NCBI GenBank assembly: GCA_964618845.1
Contig: CAZUCU010000001.1
Location: 468 to 64,467 of the forward strand
DNA length: 64,000 nt
Direction of reading: 5' to 3'
From: an uncultured Candidatus Saccharibacteria bacterium
GTDB lineage: Bacteria > Patescibacteriota > Minisyncoccia > Phycocordibacterales > JAACPR01
Notes under the pieces: generated by a model
What the model saw: only the letters and a program-made list of their open reading frames with translations
The model's database searches: none
Told to the model about the DNA's origin: nothing
Position numbers and translations under genes: made by a program
Shown: positions 39,507-48,378 of the stretch, piece after piece
Numbering within the stretch: position 1 is the first letter of the stretch
How the letters are laid out: each line of letters starts with the position of its first letter

Positions 39507-39896
39507 CTAGATCTTAACGATCTTAACTTTCATAAAATCTTGTCTGTGTCCCCTTTTTATAAAATATCGAGATTTTGCTTTGTATTTGATAACAACAATT
39601 TTTTTATCCTTTCCTTGTTCTACTAACTCCCCCTCTACAGATGCACCTTTAACATACGGGGTACCAATTTTGATTTCTTTTCCATCATCTATTAATAAAA
39701 CATTATCAAATTTTACTTTATTACCTCCCTTGATTTCACCACCTAATTTTGCAATTTTAATAATTTGACCGACAAAAACAACCATTTGTTTGCCTCCCGT
39801 CTCCACAACCGCATACTCCTTTGCCAAGTTCGTGCTCTTGGCGACAGCGGATTTGTCTTTTATTTTCACTTTCTCTGTTTTAGTTTCTTTTTTCAT
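39507..39896 (-). CDS. rplU: 50S ribosomal protein L21
   Basis: YAVVETGGKQ, IGTPYV, GHRQ. Confidence 0.96.
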   Translation of the reverse strand: MKKETKTEKVKIKDKSAVAKSTNLAKEYAVVETGGKQMVVFVGQIIKIAKLGGEIKGGNKVKFDNVLLIDDGKEIKIGTPYVKGASVEGELVEQGKDKKIVVIKYKAKSRYFIKRGHRQDFMKVKIVKI

Positions 39897-39940
39897 AAGT
39901 CCTACGATTTTACACTATTTTTAATGTTTTGCAAGAATTT

Positions 39941-41014
39941 TTACCCCTCTACTTTTACACTTTCTTCAATTTGAAGTGGGTCTAATTTTACTTCTCCGTC
40001 TGTAATTCGCACGATATCTTTATCGATTTTTTTAAATTCTTTAGCTGACAAATTATATTGATTTACAACTGTCCCCAAATTTTTTCCAAGCTTATCATGA
40101 TAATCTTCATAGGACTTTAAATGTCTTTGAAGCTCTCCTACATATTTTCTAATCTTTTGAGCTGATTCCTCGATCTTGTAGGCCTTAAAACCAAAAAGAA
40201 CTGATTGTAAATATGCCAAAAAAGTTGTCGGCGAAACTATAAAAACTTTTTTTTCATTGTAAGAATAATCGATTAGACTTCGCGAATTTATAGTTGTTGC
40301 ACCAACTGCTCCTGTAAGCAATTCATAATAAATTCCCTCAGCTGGAATAAACATAAAAGCAAAAGAAAGAGTTCCCTCATTCGGTCTAATATATTTGGCA
40401 GTTTCATCAATTCTTCTTTTTAAATCATTTTTGAAATCTCTTTCAAGTTCTGCTCTTCTAACTTCATCACTTTCATTTACTAAACGAGAATAATTATCCA
40501 GAGAAAATTTAGCATCAATTGGGATAATTCCCTCTTTGGTTTTAATTATTGCATCAACCACATCACCATTTTTGAACATATATTGAAGATCATAAGTAGT
40601 TGGATCCAAGGCGTTTTGTAAAACAAGCTCCAAAGCTGCTTCTCCCCAATTCCCTCTTTGTTTTTGATGTTTCAAAACTTTTTCTAAATTGGAAAGTTGC
40701 TCAGCAATTGTAAACACTTGTTTAGTTGATTGGGAGACTTCTGTTACCCCTTTTGTAACATTTAAAAGTTGCTCAGTCATTTGTTTGTTTATGTCTTGTA
40801 TAAGTTGCTGAGATCTTGCAAATTGTTCAGAAGAAACCTGAGCTACATTTTTTTGAGAATCTTGAATAGACCTATTTACTTCATTCATCTGAGTAAGTAA
40901 CATATTTAAACTCTTTTCATCTTGAGAATCCTTTTTCTTGGTAATCAAAAAAACAACCGCTATAACATTTATAACAAGTAAAATAAGCACGATAACAAGT
41001 AATGTTTCTACCAT
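39941..41014 (-). CDS. rmuC: DNA recombination protein RmuC
   Basis: RGNWGE, IDAKF, FMFIPAEGIY, VSPTT. Confidence 0.94.
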   Translation of the reverse strand: MVETLLVIVLILLVINVIAVVFLITKKKDSQDEKSLNMLLTQMNEVNRSIQDSQKNVAQVSSEQFARSQQLIQDINKQMTEQLLNVTKGVTEVSQSTKQVFTIAEQLSNLEKVLKHQKQRGNWGEAALELVLQNALDPTTYDLQYMFKNGDVVDAIIKTKEGIIPIDAKFSLDNYSRLVNESDEVRRAELERDFKNDLKRRIDETAKYIRPNEGTLSFAFMFIPAEGIYYELLTGAVGATTINSRSLIDYSYNEKKVFIVSPTTFLAYLQSVLFGFKAYKIEESAQKIRKYVGELQRHLKSYEDYHDKLGKNLGTVVNQYNLSAKEFKKIDKDIVRITDGEVKLDPLQIEESVKVEG

Positions 41015-41099
41015 TGAGAATGATTATAACATATTACAAACATCGGATGTTTGTAATATATGATAAAATTGTTTATATATTAAAATTAATAAAAACAAT

Positions 41100-41552
41100 A
41101 TGAGTTTAATAGAAAAAATTAAGGGAGAAATGAAAGAAGCAATGAAATCTAAAGATACTGTAAAATTAACAGTTCTACGGGGTCTTATTTCTGGTTTTAC
41201 AAACGAATTGGTTGCAACTGATAAAACTCCCCAAGATGAAGTTACTGATGATTTAGCCCTTACTGTAATCAAAAGAGCTTCCAAACAAAGAAAAGACGCA
41301 ATAGAACAATTTGAAAAAGGGGGACGATCTGATCTTGTTGATAATGAAAAAGCAGAATTAAAAATTATTGAAACTTACATGCCCCAAATGATGAGCGAAG
41401 AACAAATAAAAGAAATTGTTCTTAGAAAAAAATTAGAACTTAAAATTTCTGATACTTCTCAAGCGGGACAATTAATAGGAGCTGTTATGAAAGAAATAAA
41501 CGGAAAAGCTGATGGGAGTTTGGTCAAAAAAATTATAACCGAAAATTTATAA
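41100..41552 (+). CDS. yqeY: GatB/YqeY domain protein
   Basis: MKEAMKSKD, KQRKDAIEQF..GGR, GKADG. Confidence 0.93.
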   Translation: MSLIEKIKGEMKEAMKSKDTVKLTVLRGLISGFTNELVATDKTPQDEVTDDLALTVIKRASKQRKDAIEQFEKGGRSDLVDNEKAELKIIETYMPQMMSEEQIKEIVLRKKLELKISDTSQAGQLIGAVMKEINGKADGSLVKKIITENL

Positions 41553-41570
41553 GAATTTAAAAAAAGATTA

Positions 41571-41593
41571 GGCGTCGCGCTTCGCGCGACGCC
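41571..41593. terminator. GC-rich hairpin between convergent genes
   Basis: ggcgtcgcgc-ttc-gcgcgacgcc. Confidence 0.75.
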
Positions 41594-41598
41594 CCCTA

Positions 41599-41844
41599 TC
41601 AAATTCCTCCCCACTTGAAGAGCGAGTCTTTTTCTTCAAGTTTAGCCCTTCGTTTTGCTTCCCTCCTCCTTCTTACAAATTCAGAAATTGGTTTTTGGTT
41701 CCATTTTCCAAATTTTTTGAGATCGTTCTCTATTTTTTCCGCTCTCAAAAACCTGCCAGAAGGATTAGACTGAAGAGTACAATCTACAAAAATATCATCA
41801 GTCAACTCTTCGGGGACAGAACTTCCCCTTTTTGGTTTTTTCAT
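41599..41844 (-). CDS. Small basic hypothetical protein
   Basis: Upstream TTGACA-16-TATTCT; likely start MKKPKRG at 41844. Confidence 0.5.
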   Translation of the reverse strand: MKKPKRGSSVPEELTDDIFVDCTLQSNPSGRFLRAEKIENDLKKFGKWNQKPISEFVRRRREAKRRAKLEEKDSLFKWGGI

Positions 41845-41929
41845 TTTTTTGTTTTTGTGCTCTTTATTTAGAGAATACAATAAATACCCCTATTGTCAAT
41901 TTTTTCAAAATGTTTATAATTAAGGAGGT

Positions 41930-42241
41930 ATGAACCTTAAGGAAATAAACCCGAGTCGCCTTTCGAACATCGAATTGGCGAAAGTTATCGTTGCGGAAAC
42001 ATTTAAAATCACCGAGACAAGAGGCGAGAAAAAAATCGCCCAAATCGTTGACTTGGTGATGGGTCTCTTCATGTTTCAGGTCACTTCTTTTGAAGTACTC
42101 TTGGAGCGTTTTAGAAAGTACGGACCCGACCCTGATGCTCTCGAGATCATTAGGAAAAAGTTTCCACAAAAAGCGGAATACCTGTGCCAAGAAGCGGGTG
42201 TTCCATTTGAAAGTCAATCTCAATTTGACTTTCAAGATTAG
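41930..42241 (+). CDS. Hypothetical protein (ORFan-like)
   Basis: TTGTCA-17-TATAAT promoter and its own terminator. Confidence 0.65.
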   Translation: MNLKEINPSRLSNIELAKVIVAETFKITETRGEKKIAQIVDLVMGLFMFQVTSFEVLLERFRKYGPDPDALEIIRKKFPQKAEYLCQEAGVPFESQSQFDFQD

Positions 42242-42248
42242 CTCTTAC

Positions 42249-42284
42249 ACCTCGCTTGTCCCACAAGACAAGCGAGGTATTTTT
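42249..42284 (+). terminator. Intrinsic terminator
   Basis: acctcgcttgtc/gacaagcgaggt followed by attttt. Confidence 0.85.
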
Positions 42285-42314
42285 ATTTATCAGAATCAGA
42301 CTCCATATCTTTAT

Positions 42315-43013
42315 TTAAAACTCAATTTTCCCTTTTGGAGAATAAATTTCAACTGTTTCTATTTTTTGGTAATAAGAAATAGTATCTTTTAAAATAGAAA
42401 ATAAGTGCTGATTTTCACAACTACTAAGTCCAGTAATGAGTCTGCCGGATGGCATATTTTCACTTTTCAAAAAAACTTTAGCAACCTTATTTGAAATTTC
42501 TACTTTTTCATACACTCCGTAATTTGATAGTTCATCTTCAAACAAAACTTTTACAGCTGAATCAATTAAGTTATTTGTTTTGGGAATTATTTTTGAAATT
42601 TGTTGGGTTACACCACAATCACTTGTTCTTGCAATTTCTTTGTTTTGAATAAAAAGAGTTATCGTCTCGGTTGTATTTGGACAAACAAACTGACAATCAG
42701 GTCCAGTACGCCCAACATAAGATCCGTCAGGACATTGCATCGCATCCATTGTGCAAGCGACAGAAGTAGAACTCACTTCACACTTCTCTTCCCAAACTCT
42801 CAAACATTTATTTTTTGCTTCACACCAAGAATATCCTGCAGATCCAATACATCCATGTGCATCTTTGTCTCCCCCAACAACAGGTGGATTGACATCAGGA
42901 AGAGATATTTCTTTAGAAGTTTTTTCTATATACAAATAAAGCCCAGCTCCTACCAGAACCATAAAGAACAACAAACCTAATAAGGTCGAAAATCCTTTCT
43001 GTTTATTTTTCAT
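42315..43013 (-). CDS. Surface protein with two Cys-rich mini-domains and a GerMN-like C-terminus
   Basis: QKGF prepilin-like start with TM; GGDKDAHGCIGSAGYSWC; CTMDAMQCPDGSYVGR. Confidence 0.7.
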   Translation of the reverse strand: MKNKQKGFSTLLGLLFFMVLVGAGLYLYIEKTSKEISLPDVNPPVVGGDKDAHGCIGSAGYSWCEAKNKCLRVWEEKCEVSSTSVACTMDAMQCPDGSYVGRTGPDCQFVCPNTTETITLFIQNKEIARTSDCGVTQQISKIIPKTNNLIDSAVKVLFEDELSNYGVYEKVEISNKVAKVFLKSENMPSGRLITGLSSCENQHLFSILKDTISYYQKIETVEIYSPKGKIEF

Positions 43014-43108
43014 ATAGATATTATATCAAATTTCAAAATTGAAATATGTAGAATTTTTCCCAAAATCTGTTATTATTCTTTTCACAAACAACGGAGGAAA
43101 ACTTGAAG

Positions 43109-43194
43109 AATAAATGTTGTCCGAGAGTGTTCGAGTTAGATTTTTGGCGAAGTCATATCGCCAAAAAGCAACGAGTTTCGAGGAAACATTTATT
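43109..43194. repeat. Long hairpin element (motif family shared with 53161-53321)
   Basis: aataaatgtt/aacatttatt and tttttggcga/tcgccaaaaa stems. Confidence 0.75.
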
Positions 43195-43211
43195 ATTTAA
43201 GTTTTCCGTAG

Positions 43212-43283
43212 GGCCCTATCGTCTAACGGTTAGGACAGCGCCTTCTCAAGGCGTAAATCCGGGTTCGATTCCCGGTAGGGTCA
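43212..43283 (+). tRNA. tRNA-Glu(CTC)
   Basis: Acceptor ggcccta/tagggtc, anticodon CTC at 43245-43247, GGTTCGATTCC T-arm; CCA not encoded. Confidence 0.95.
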
Positions 43284-43364
43284 CATCATATTTTAGCTTT
43301 ATTTTAAGCCATTTTATTTTTGAAAAAGTTTTGTTTTCCGAATTTTTTGATATGATTATTTCAT

Positions 43365-43949
43365 ATGGAAAAACAACCAAGCGAAGTATATAAAGATGAA
43401 GCAGAAGAAACAAAAAAAGCTTTAGAGAACTTTTTTGATGATAATAGCGATTTCCCAACTGATGTTTCCTCTCTTTTGTACTCTCATGATGAACCTATCA
43501 TTAAAGATAATACAGAAGACCTGTTAATTTATGGAATAGATAAAATATTAAGAGAGTTAGTTATAATAGACGTTAATGAAGAAGATAACCAAGAAGTAAT
43601 TAAAAAATTACGAAATATTTTTCTTCACCAAGTTTCACATACACTCCTTTCATTATCATTTTTTGATGATAAATTAATTAAATCTAAACAATATATAGAC
43701 ATACTTAACAAAATATCTTACCTCGCTCTTTTATTTTGGGTTGATTTAAAAAGTACTGGAAAAGAAGATGTATTTATGAATTACAAAGATTTTTGTAAAA
43801 AATATGAAATAAAAGAATATGATTATTCAAAAGAATTTAATTTTGTTGAAGAATACACAAAAATTATTACTGAATTAAAAAAGTTTCTATTATCTAATGG
43901 AAAGAGGGAAGAAATAAAAAACAAAATTTTAAAAAATATAAACTTATGA
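43365..43949 (+). CDS. Hypothetical acidic protein
   Basis: 194-aa ORF; TGATATGAT 8 nt upstream. Confidence 0.65.
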   Translation: MEKQPSEVYKDEAEETKKALENFFDDNSDFPTDVSSLLYSHDEPIIKDNTEDLLIYGIDKILRELVIIDVNEEDNQEVIKKLRNIFLHQVSHTLLSLSFFDDKLIKSKQYIDILNKISYLALLFWVDLKSTGKEDVFMNYKDFCKKYEIKEYDYSKEFNFVEEYTKIITELKKFLLSNGKREEIKNKILKNINL

Positions 43950-44039
43950 ACATCGTAGATATTATATGATTGATAAATTCAATTCTTCTAAACTTTCTTT
44001 AATACAATCTCTATATCCCAAAAGTTCGGAAAGCCACAC

Positions 44040-44170
44040 TTTGGGGTCACCGCGTCAAACGCGGTTTCAGAACCGTATCAAACGGTATGGAACCACCAAA
44101 TTAACAAACCCCGTTTGACGGGGTCGCAGTGAAGGAGCCCGTCAGACGGGCACGTTCTCATCGCGTCAAA
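44040..44170. repeat. Cluster of REP-like palindromes with CGTCARACG core
   Basis: Copies at 44049, 44072, 44108 and 44137; half-site at 44162. Confidence 0.75.
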
Positions 44171-44190
44171 AATTCTCTAAAAAAGTTGAT

Positions 44191-45133
44191 CGTTTTCTAA
44201 TCAATAGCTTGGAAACACCCAGACAATAATTGCATCGGAGTTTTGAGCTCAATTCCCATGTGCAATCTTTGCTCGTTATAGTATTTCAAATATTTCTCTA
44301 AAGCACAATTAATAACAGAAACGTTTCTTGGAAGAGTGTCTAAACACTCTTCTTGAAGTGTTCTGTTAAATCTTTCAATGTGTGCATTGTCATTAGGTTT
44401 TCCAATTCTAGTGTATCTATGGTTTCTCTTCACTCTGTCATAAAACCATTTTCCAAATTCACTTCCATGATCTGTTTGTATCATTTCAAAATTAAAAACT
44501 GATTGTCTCTCTGCTTCATTCAAAAACTCAACACTTATTGAAGAGTTTAATCTTTCATACGCTTTCGCAAAAGTGTTTCTAGAATAAACATCAATTAAGG
44601 TGAGAACATATATCCTAGTCTTCGGTCCTGTCATAAGGTGTATAGTGTCAATTTGAACCAAAGAACCTGGCTTTATTGGATATGGTCTATCAACAGGAGG
44701 ATGATATCTCTTCCAAGGAGATCTCTTTTTCATAAGTCCATGTCTATCAATTGTTCTTCTAACAGAGTTCAAAGAAACTTGGATATTTTCATTTAAAAGA
44801 TGTTGATGAACAACTTCACTTGTTCTCTTTGTGTCTAATCTGATTTTAATAATTCTTTTAACTACATTTTCTTCTAATTCCTTAGGATGATGATGTGGTC
44901 GTGAAGATTTGGTTGGTATTGGGTGAATACCGAGTTTTTCAGCTTTCTTTACCCATTTACTAATTGTTCCTGGACTTACGCCATATCTTCTAGCAACCGT
45001 TCTAACACCATATCCAATTCGAACCATAGTCGCAGCATCTCTACGAACTTTTGGCATGTTTGGATTATTTGTATACATAATGCTTGGATATTACTTTTTA
45101 ATGGAAGTGTTTCCAAGCTATTGGGATATTACG
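44191..45133 (-). mobile_element. Complete IS481-like insertion sequence, 943 bp
   Basis: 17-bp IR core caatagcttggaaacac (44202-44218 / 45107-45123); 6-bp TSD GTTGAT at 44185-44190 and 45134-45139. Confidence 0.9.
44197..45078 (-). CDS. DDE (rve) transposase, IS481-like
   Basis: N-terminal HTH; VQIDT, QTDHGSEF, NAHIERFNRTLQEE. Confidence 0.93.
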   Translation of the reverse strand: MYTNNPNMPKVRRDAATMVRIGYGVRTVARRYGVSPGTISKWVKKAEKLGIHPIPTKSSRPHHHPKELEENVVKRIIKIRLDTKRTSEVVHQHLLNENIQVSLNSVRRTIDRHGLMKKRSPWKRYHPPVDRPYPIKPGSLVQIDTIHLMTGPKTRIYVLTLIDVYSRNTFAKAYERLNSSISVEFLNEAERQSVFNFEMIQTDHGSEFGKWFYDRVKRNHRYTRIGKPNDNAHIERFNRTLQEECLDTLPRNVSVINCALEKYLKYYNEQRLHMGIELKTPMQLLSGCFQAID

Positions 45134-45195
45134 GTTGATTTGACAAAATGTTACGTCATGGTAATTTTACCTTAGACTTTAGCACAACACACACC

Positions 45196-45654
45196 ATGAA
45201 AACATACGTACTGAATCGCTCGATATGTTCTCTTCTTGCATTAATCCCACTTTTGGGTTTTACGTATCTTGAGACCGTATATCATCTAATTCCCAGATTT
45301 AATGAAATATTTTCTCTAACACCAAAATCAACGAATTTGAATCACCTTGAACTAGTTTGGGTCCCGATCATCGCTTATATTTTGATTGCAACTATTGTTT
45401 ACCTCTTGTTAAAGATTTTCAAGAAACTGGAAGGTTTTAATAGAGAATGTGTCATTTGGGGTCTTACATGGGGTCTTATTATAGGCATCATCGCTGGTCT
45501 AATCTGGGGTCTGACGTCGGGTCTAATCGGTAGTGTCAATGGTGATCTCATTGGGAACATCATCTTGAATATCATTCTTGATCTCATCGTAGGCCTTATC
45601 TTGAGCCTCATCATAGGTCTAATTATAGGTCTCAAGCATGAATTCGAGTTATAA
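45196..45654 (+). CDS. Membrane protein with GLxxGL repeats
   Basis: WGLTWGLIIGIIAGLIWGL; the TTGACA promoter overlaps ATG 45148, so 45196 is preferred. Confidence 0.65.
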   Translation: MKTYVLNRSICSLLALIPLLGFTYLETVYHLIPRFNEIFSLTPKSTNLNHLELVWVPIIAYILIATIVYLLLKIFKKLEGFNRECVIWGLTWGLIIGIIAGLIWGLTSGLIGSVNGDLIGNIILNIILDLIVGLILSLIIGLIIGLKHEFEL

Positions 45655-45732
45655 GCGTCAAGCTTAAATTCGAAAACAGTTTACACACAAAACGCACGAC
45701 CTTCGGGTACGGCGTTTTCTTTTTACATAACC

Positions 45733-45757
45733 ACTGCAAATGTCCGACATTTGCAGT
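45733..45757. repeat. Perfect 25-bp palindrome
   Basis: actgcaaatgtc-c-gacatttgcagt. Confidence 0.8.
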
Positions 45758-45773
45758 AAATGTACTTCATTTT

Positions 45774-45855
45774 CGTCATTCCCGTGAAGACGGGAATTCA
45801 TGCTTTTAAAGATATTAATAAAGCGTGGACCCCCGATACGGCTTCGGGGGTGACG
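45774..45855. repeat. REP/MITE-like element, CGTCATTCCCG...GGGGGTGACG
   Basis: Two hairpins: ttcccgtgaagacgggaa and cccccga..tcggggg. Confidence 0.8.
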
Positions 45856-45909
45856 ATTATTTTGTTTGTTATTTTGTTGTGACTAGTACAGAGATGATAC
45901 TACAAAACA

Positions 45910-46401
45910 TCACGCCATTTTTAATTTTGATTTTAGGAGTCGTATGTTGTCGGTATTTCGATCTAATTGATTAGAATGTGAAAGCTGAATTTTTTTGATT
46001 TCTTGAACATCACTTTTTACTTCTTTCATATCTATTTTTAATTCGTGTATATCTTCTTCAACTCTATCAAATTGATTTTTGACAACAATTGTAAAATTTT
46101 CAAAATCTGTTCTTAATTCGCTTATTTCCGATTTCATAGAAACAATACTCTCTTTTATAGAAACAATATCTGTTTTTGTAGAAACAATACTCTCTTTTAT
46201 AGAAACAATATCTGTTTTCGTAGACACAATATCTGTTTTCATAGAAACAATATCTGTTTTTGTAGACAAAATATCTTCTTTCATTAAAGATATATCTTTT
46301 TTCATTGGATTAATCACTTTTTTTGTGTGAACAGCAAAAGCACCATTTATTGAAGTATTAACTATAAAAGAAATTTGTTTTAAATCATTTTTTGTTAACA
46401 T
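45910..46401 (-). CDS. Coiled-coil protein with 21-bp (7-aa) tandem repeats
   Basis: STKTDIV/SMKTDIV/SIKESIV units. Confidence 0.8.
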   Translation of the reverse strand: MLTKNDLKQISFIVNTSINGAFAVHTKKVINPMKKDISLMKEDILSTKTDIVSMKTDIVSTKTDIVSIKESIVSTKTDIVSIKESIVSMKSEISELRTDFENFTIVVKNQFDRVEEDIHELKIDMKEVKSDVQEIKKIQLSHSNQLDRNTDNIRLLKSKLKMA

Positions 46402-46484
46402 AGTTTGATTCTATCATAAGTGAAAAACAGACTTATCAACATACCCCCCTCCATTTAATTAGTTTTTAATCTCTTTTTAATAAA

Positions 46485-46520
46485 AACACCGCCCATGTAT
46501 TTGATACTCTGGGCGGTGTT
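46485..46520 (-). terminator. Intrinsic terminator
   Basis: aacaccgccca/tgggcggtgtt with a U-tract on the minus strand. Confidence 0.8.
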
Positions 46521-46532
46521 CAGCAAGGTAAA

Positions 46533-47576
46533 TTAATGACGAGGTTTTAAACCCTTCTTGATAGCATTGAGAATCTCTTTGCCAGTAAGAAGAGTCGGCT
46601 CAACAGCACAGTGATGTTCTGTGCCATTGTAAATCCGAGAAAAATTACTCTTCTCATGAACATGCCACATCAATAAATCGGGATGAGTTCCCTCTCCTGA
46701 AAGCCAACCACTTGGTTTAATTCCCCGTTTTTGAGCCTCAGCAAGCCGAAACTGATATGCTACAGCCTGCAGATGAAGACCGGAATTTCCCGAAGCTGAG
46801 ATCATCAGATAACCACCTGATTTGTTTTTGCAAACAACCAAGTCAACTATCTTTTCGGCCTCATTTCCGGAAAATGGATTTTCTGTCTGAAAAATCAGAA
46901 GTTTTTTGGGTCCTGCCCAAGTTTGGATTTCTCGAACTTTGAGTCCAGAAATTTCTTCTCGGGCTTTCTCCCTCAAAACTTCCGCTTCATCCAAAACATT
47001 TTTACCCCAAGAGAGCCATTCTTTGTCATTCTCCTGTTCCATCACTCCTGCTATACAGTGCAAAAGCATAGATCTCCAAGGATGAAGGGTTTTTGGGTTT
47101 GTTGCCCCCCTCTTAGCCATTGGATTATCACTTTCCCAGACGATGATGGCATCAATCGCCTGATTAGTCCAATCACGAACATCGCTCAGTGACTTCCCAA
47201 CTCGATAGGCAGTGACAACCACAGAGGCAAGTTCATCTTTGAACTTTCTACCGACTTTATCCTGCTCATGGACTTTCTCCACAAGCATAGACACAGCAGG
47301 ATTACCAGTAATTCCAAGATTCTCTGCCACCAAGAGAGTAGCCGATTTTGTGGCATTGTCTCCATGACCATCATATGGGCTTCCCGCACAATCAATAAAA
47401 CACTTGTTAGGATAATCCCTCCAAGTCTTATCGTCAGGGAAACCACCAACACAAAAAACTTCCCATCCAAATTTGCGTGATAACAAGTCACTGAATTTTT
47501 CCAGTAACCTGACCGCAAATAATTTGTCCAAATTTGGATGATAAGGAGTCACAACAAAATCATACTGACGAGACAT
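46533..47576 (-). CDS. Divergent MYG1/DHH-superfamily phosphoesterase-like protein
   Basis: HPNLD..AVRLL, IDCAG..YDGH, SATLLV, VHEQD; SD AAGGAG. Confidence 0.5.
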   Translation of the reverse strand: MSRQYDFVVTPYHPNLDKLFAVRLLEKFSDLLSRKFGWEVFCVGGFPDDKTWRDYPNKCFIDCAGSPYDGHGDNATKSATLLVAENLGITGNPAVSMLVEKVHEQDKVGRKFKDELASVVVTAYRVGKSLSDVRDWTNQAIDAIIVWESDNPMAKRGATNPKTLHPWRSMLLHCIAGVMEQENDKEWLSWGKNVLDEAEVLREKAREEISGLKVREIQTWAGPKKLLIFQTENPFSGNEAEKIVDLVVCKNKSGGYLMISASGNSGLHLQAVAYQFRLAEAQKRGIKPSGWLSGEGTHPDLLMWHVHEKSNFSRIYNGTEHHCAVEPTLLTGKEILNAIKKGLKPRH

Positions 47577-47681
47577 TTTTTCTCCTTTTTTGGGGTTGTT
47601 TCTTGCTCAATATCACCATGATAAAGAACTTCAAGTCGCCTTGATTAATAACACAATTTTTGAATTTTGTAAATACAAAAT

Positions 47682-47710
47682 GGCCCCGACCCATTCCATG
47701 GGTCGGGGCC
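47682..47710 (-). terminator. Intrinsic terminator
   Basis: ggccccgacccat-tcc-atgggtcggggcc. Confidence 0.85.
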
Positions 47711-47719
47711 TAAAAAGAA

Positions 47720-48298
47720 CTAAGCCTCTGGCGCCTTTTTCTTACGCTTAGGCTTAGCAGGAGAAGTTTCCTCCAATGATGCCTGAGTGGCCATCATTGC
47801 CCTGTCCAGAGCCTCCTGGGCTTCTTTTGCGAGCCGAAAACCATTGTTTTGGATCGTCGGCTTACGCAGAGTTCTCCTCGAACTCAGAACTTGAAGCTCG
47901 TTGTTGACCCTTTCAACATCCGAGCCCCGAAGCCCCCTCTTTTGAGTAAGCCCTTTTGAAACCCTTCTAAAATAGGGTCCAAAAGAGGCCCAGGCAAACG
48001 CCTTATTTTTTCCATTCTCCAAAATCTTGGGAGTGGAAAAAACAACCACGTCTCCGGGCTCGACTCTTTCGACATCCCGTTCAAACCAAGACTCGCCCCT
48101 GGCCTGATGGAATTGATACTGACCAGAGAGCGCGATATAGACATCGCGATCCACTTCTGGACAGTACACAAAAGAAAACCCGTCCTCCGGAAAGGGGATG
48201 TCTTTTAGAAACCCCCAATGAACATGGACATGGTCCGGAAGACCCAGATCATCCAAGACCCCCGCAAAGAGGTCTTGAAAATTCTGAATGGTTAACAT
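47720..48298 (-). CDS. Hypothetical protein (GC-richer ORFan)
   Basis: 192 aa; SD AGGAG; own terminator. Confidence 0.7.
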   Translation of the reverse strand: MLTIQNFQDLFAGVLDDLGLPDHVHVHWGFLKDIPFPEDGFSFVYCPEVDRDVYIALSGQYQFHQARGESWFERDVERVEPGDVVVFSTPKILENGKNKAFAWASFGPYFRRVSKGLTQKRGLRGSDVERVNNELQVLSSRRTLRKPTIQNNGFRLAKEAQEALDRAMMATQASLEETSPAKPKRKKKAPEA

Positions 48299-48378
48299 AT
48301 TATTCTCCTGTTTTTCCTCCCAAAGTCTGCCCCTTTTGACAGATTGTTCGGTTGGTCTGCAAAAATTATACTCAATTT

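Noticed and set aside
43103-43458. ORFs 43103-43393 and 43246-43458
   Set aside because: They overlap the tRNA and the hairpin element; spurious
43951-43978. dif site
   Set aside because: No convincing TTATGTTAAA XerD arm
44040-44170. CRISPR mini-array
   Set aside because: Repeats vary in stem and orientation, spacers are only 6-21 nt, and there are no cas genes
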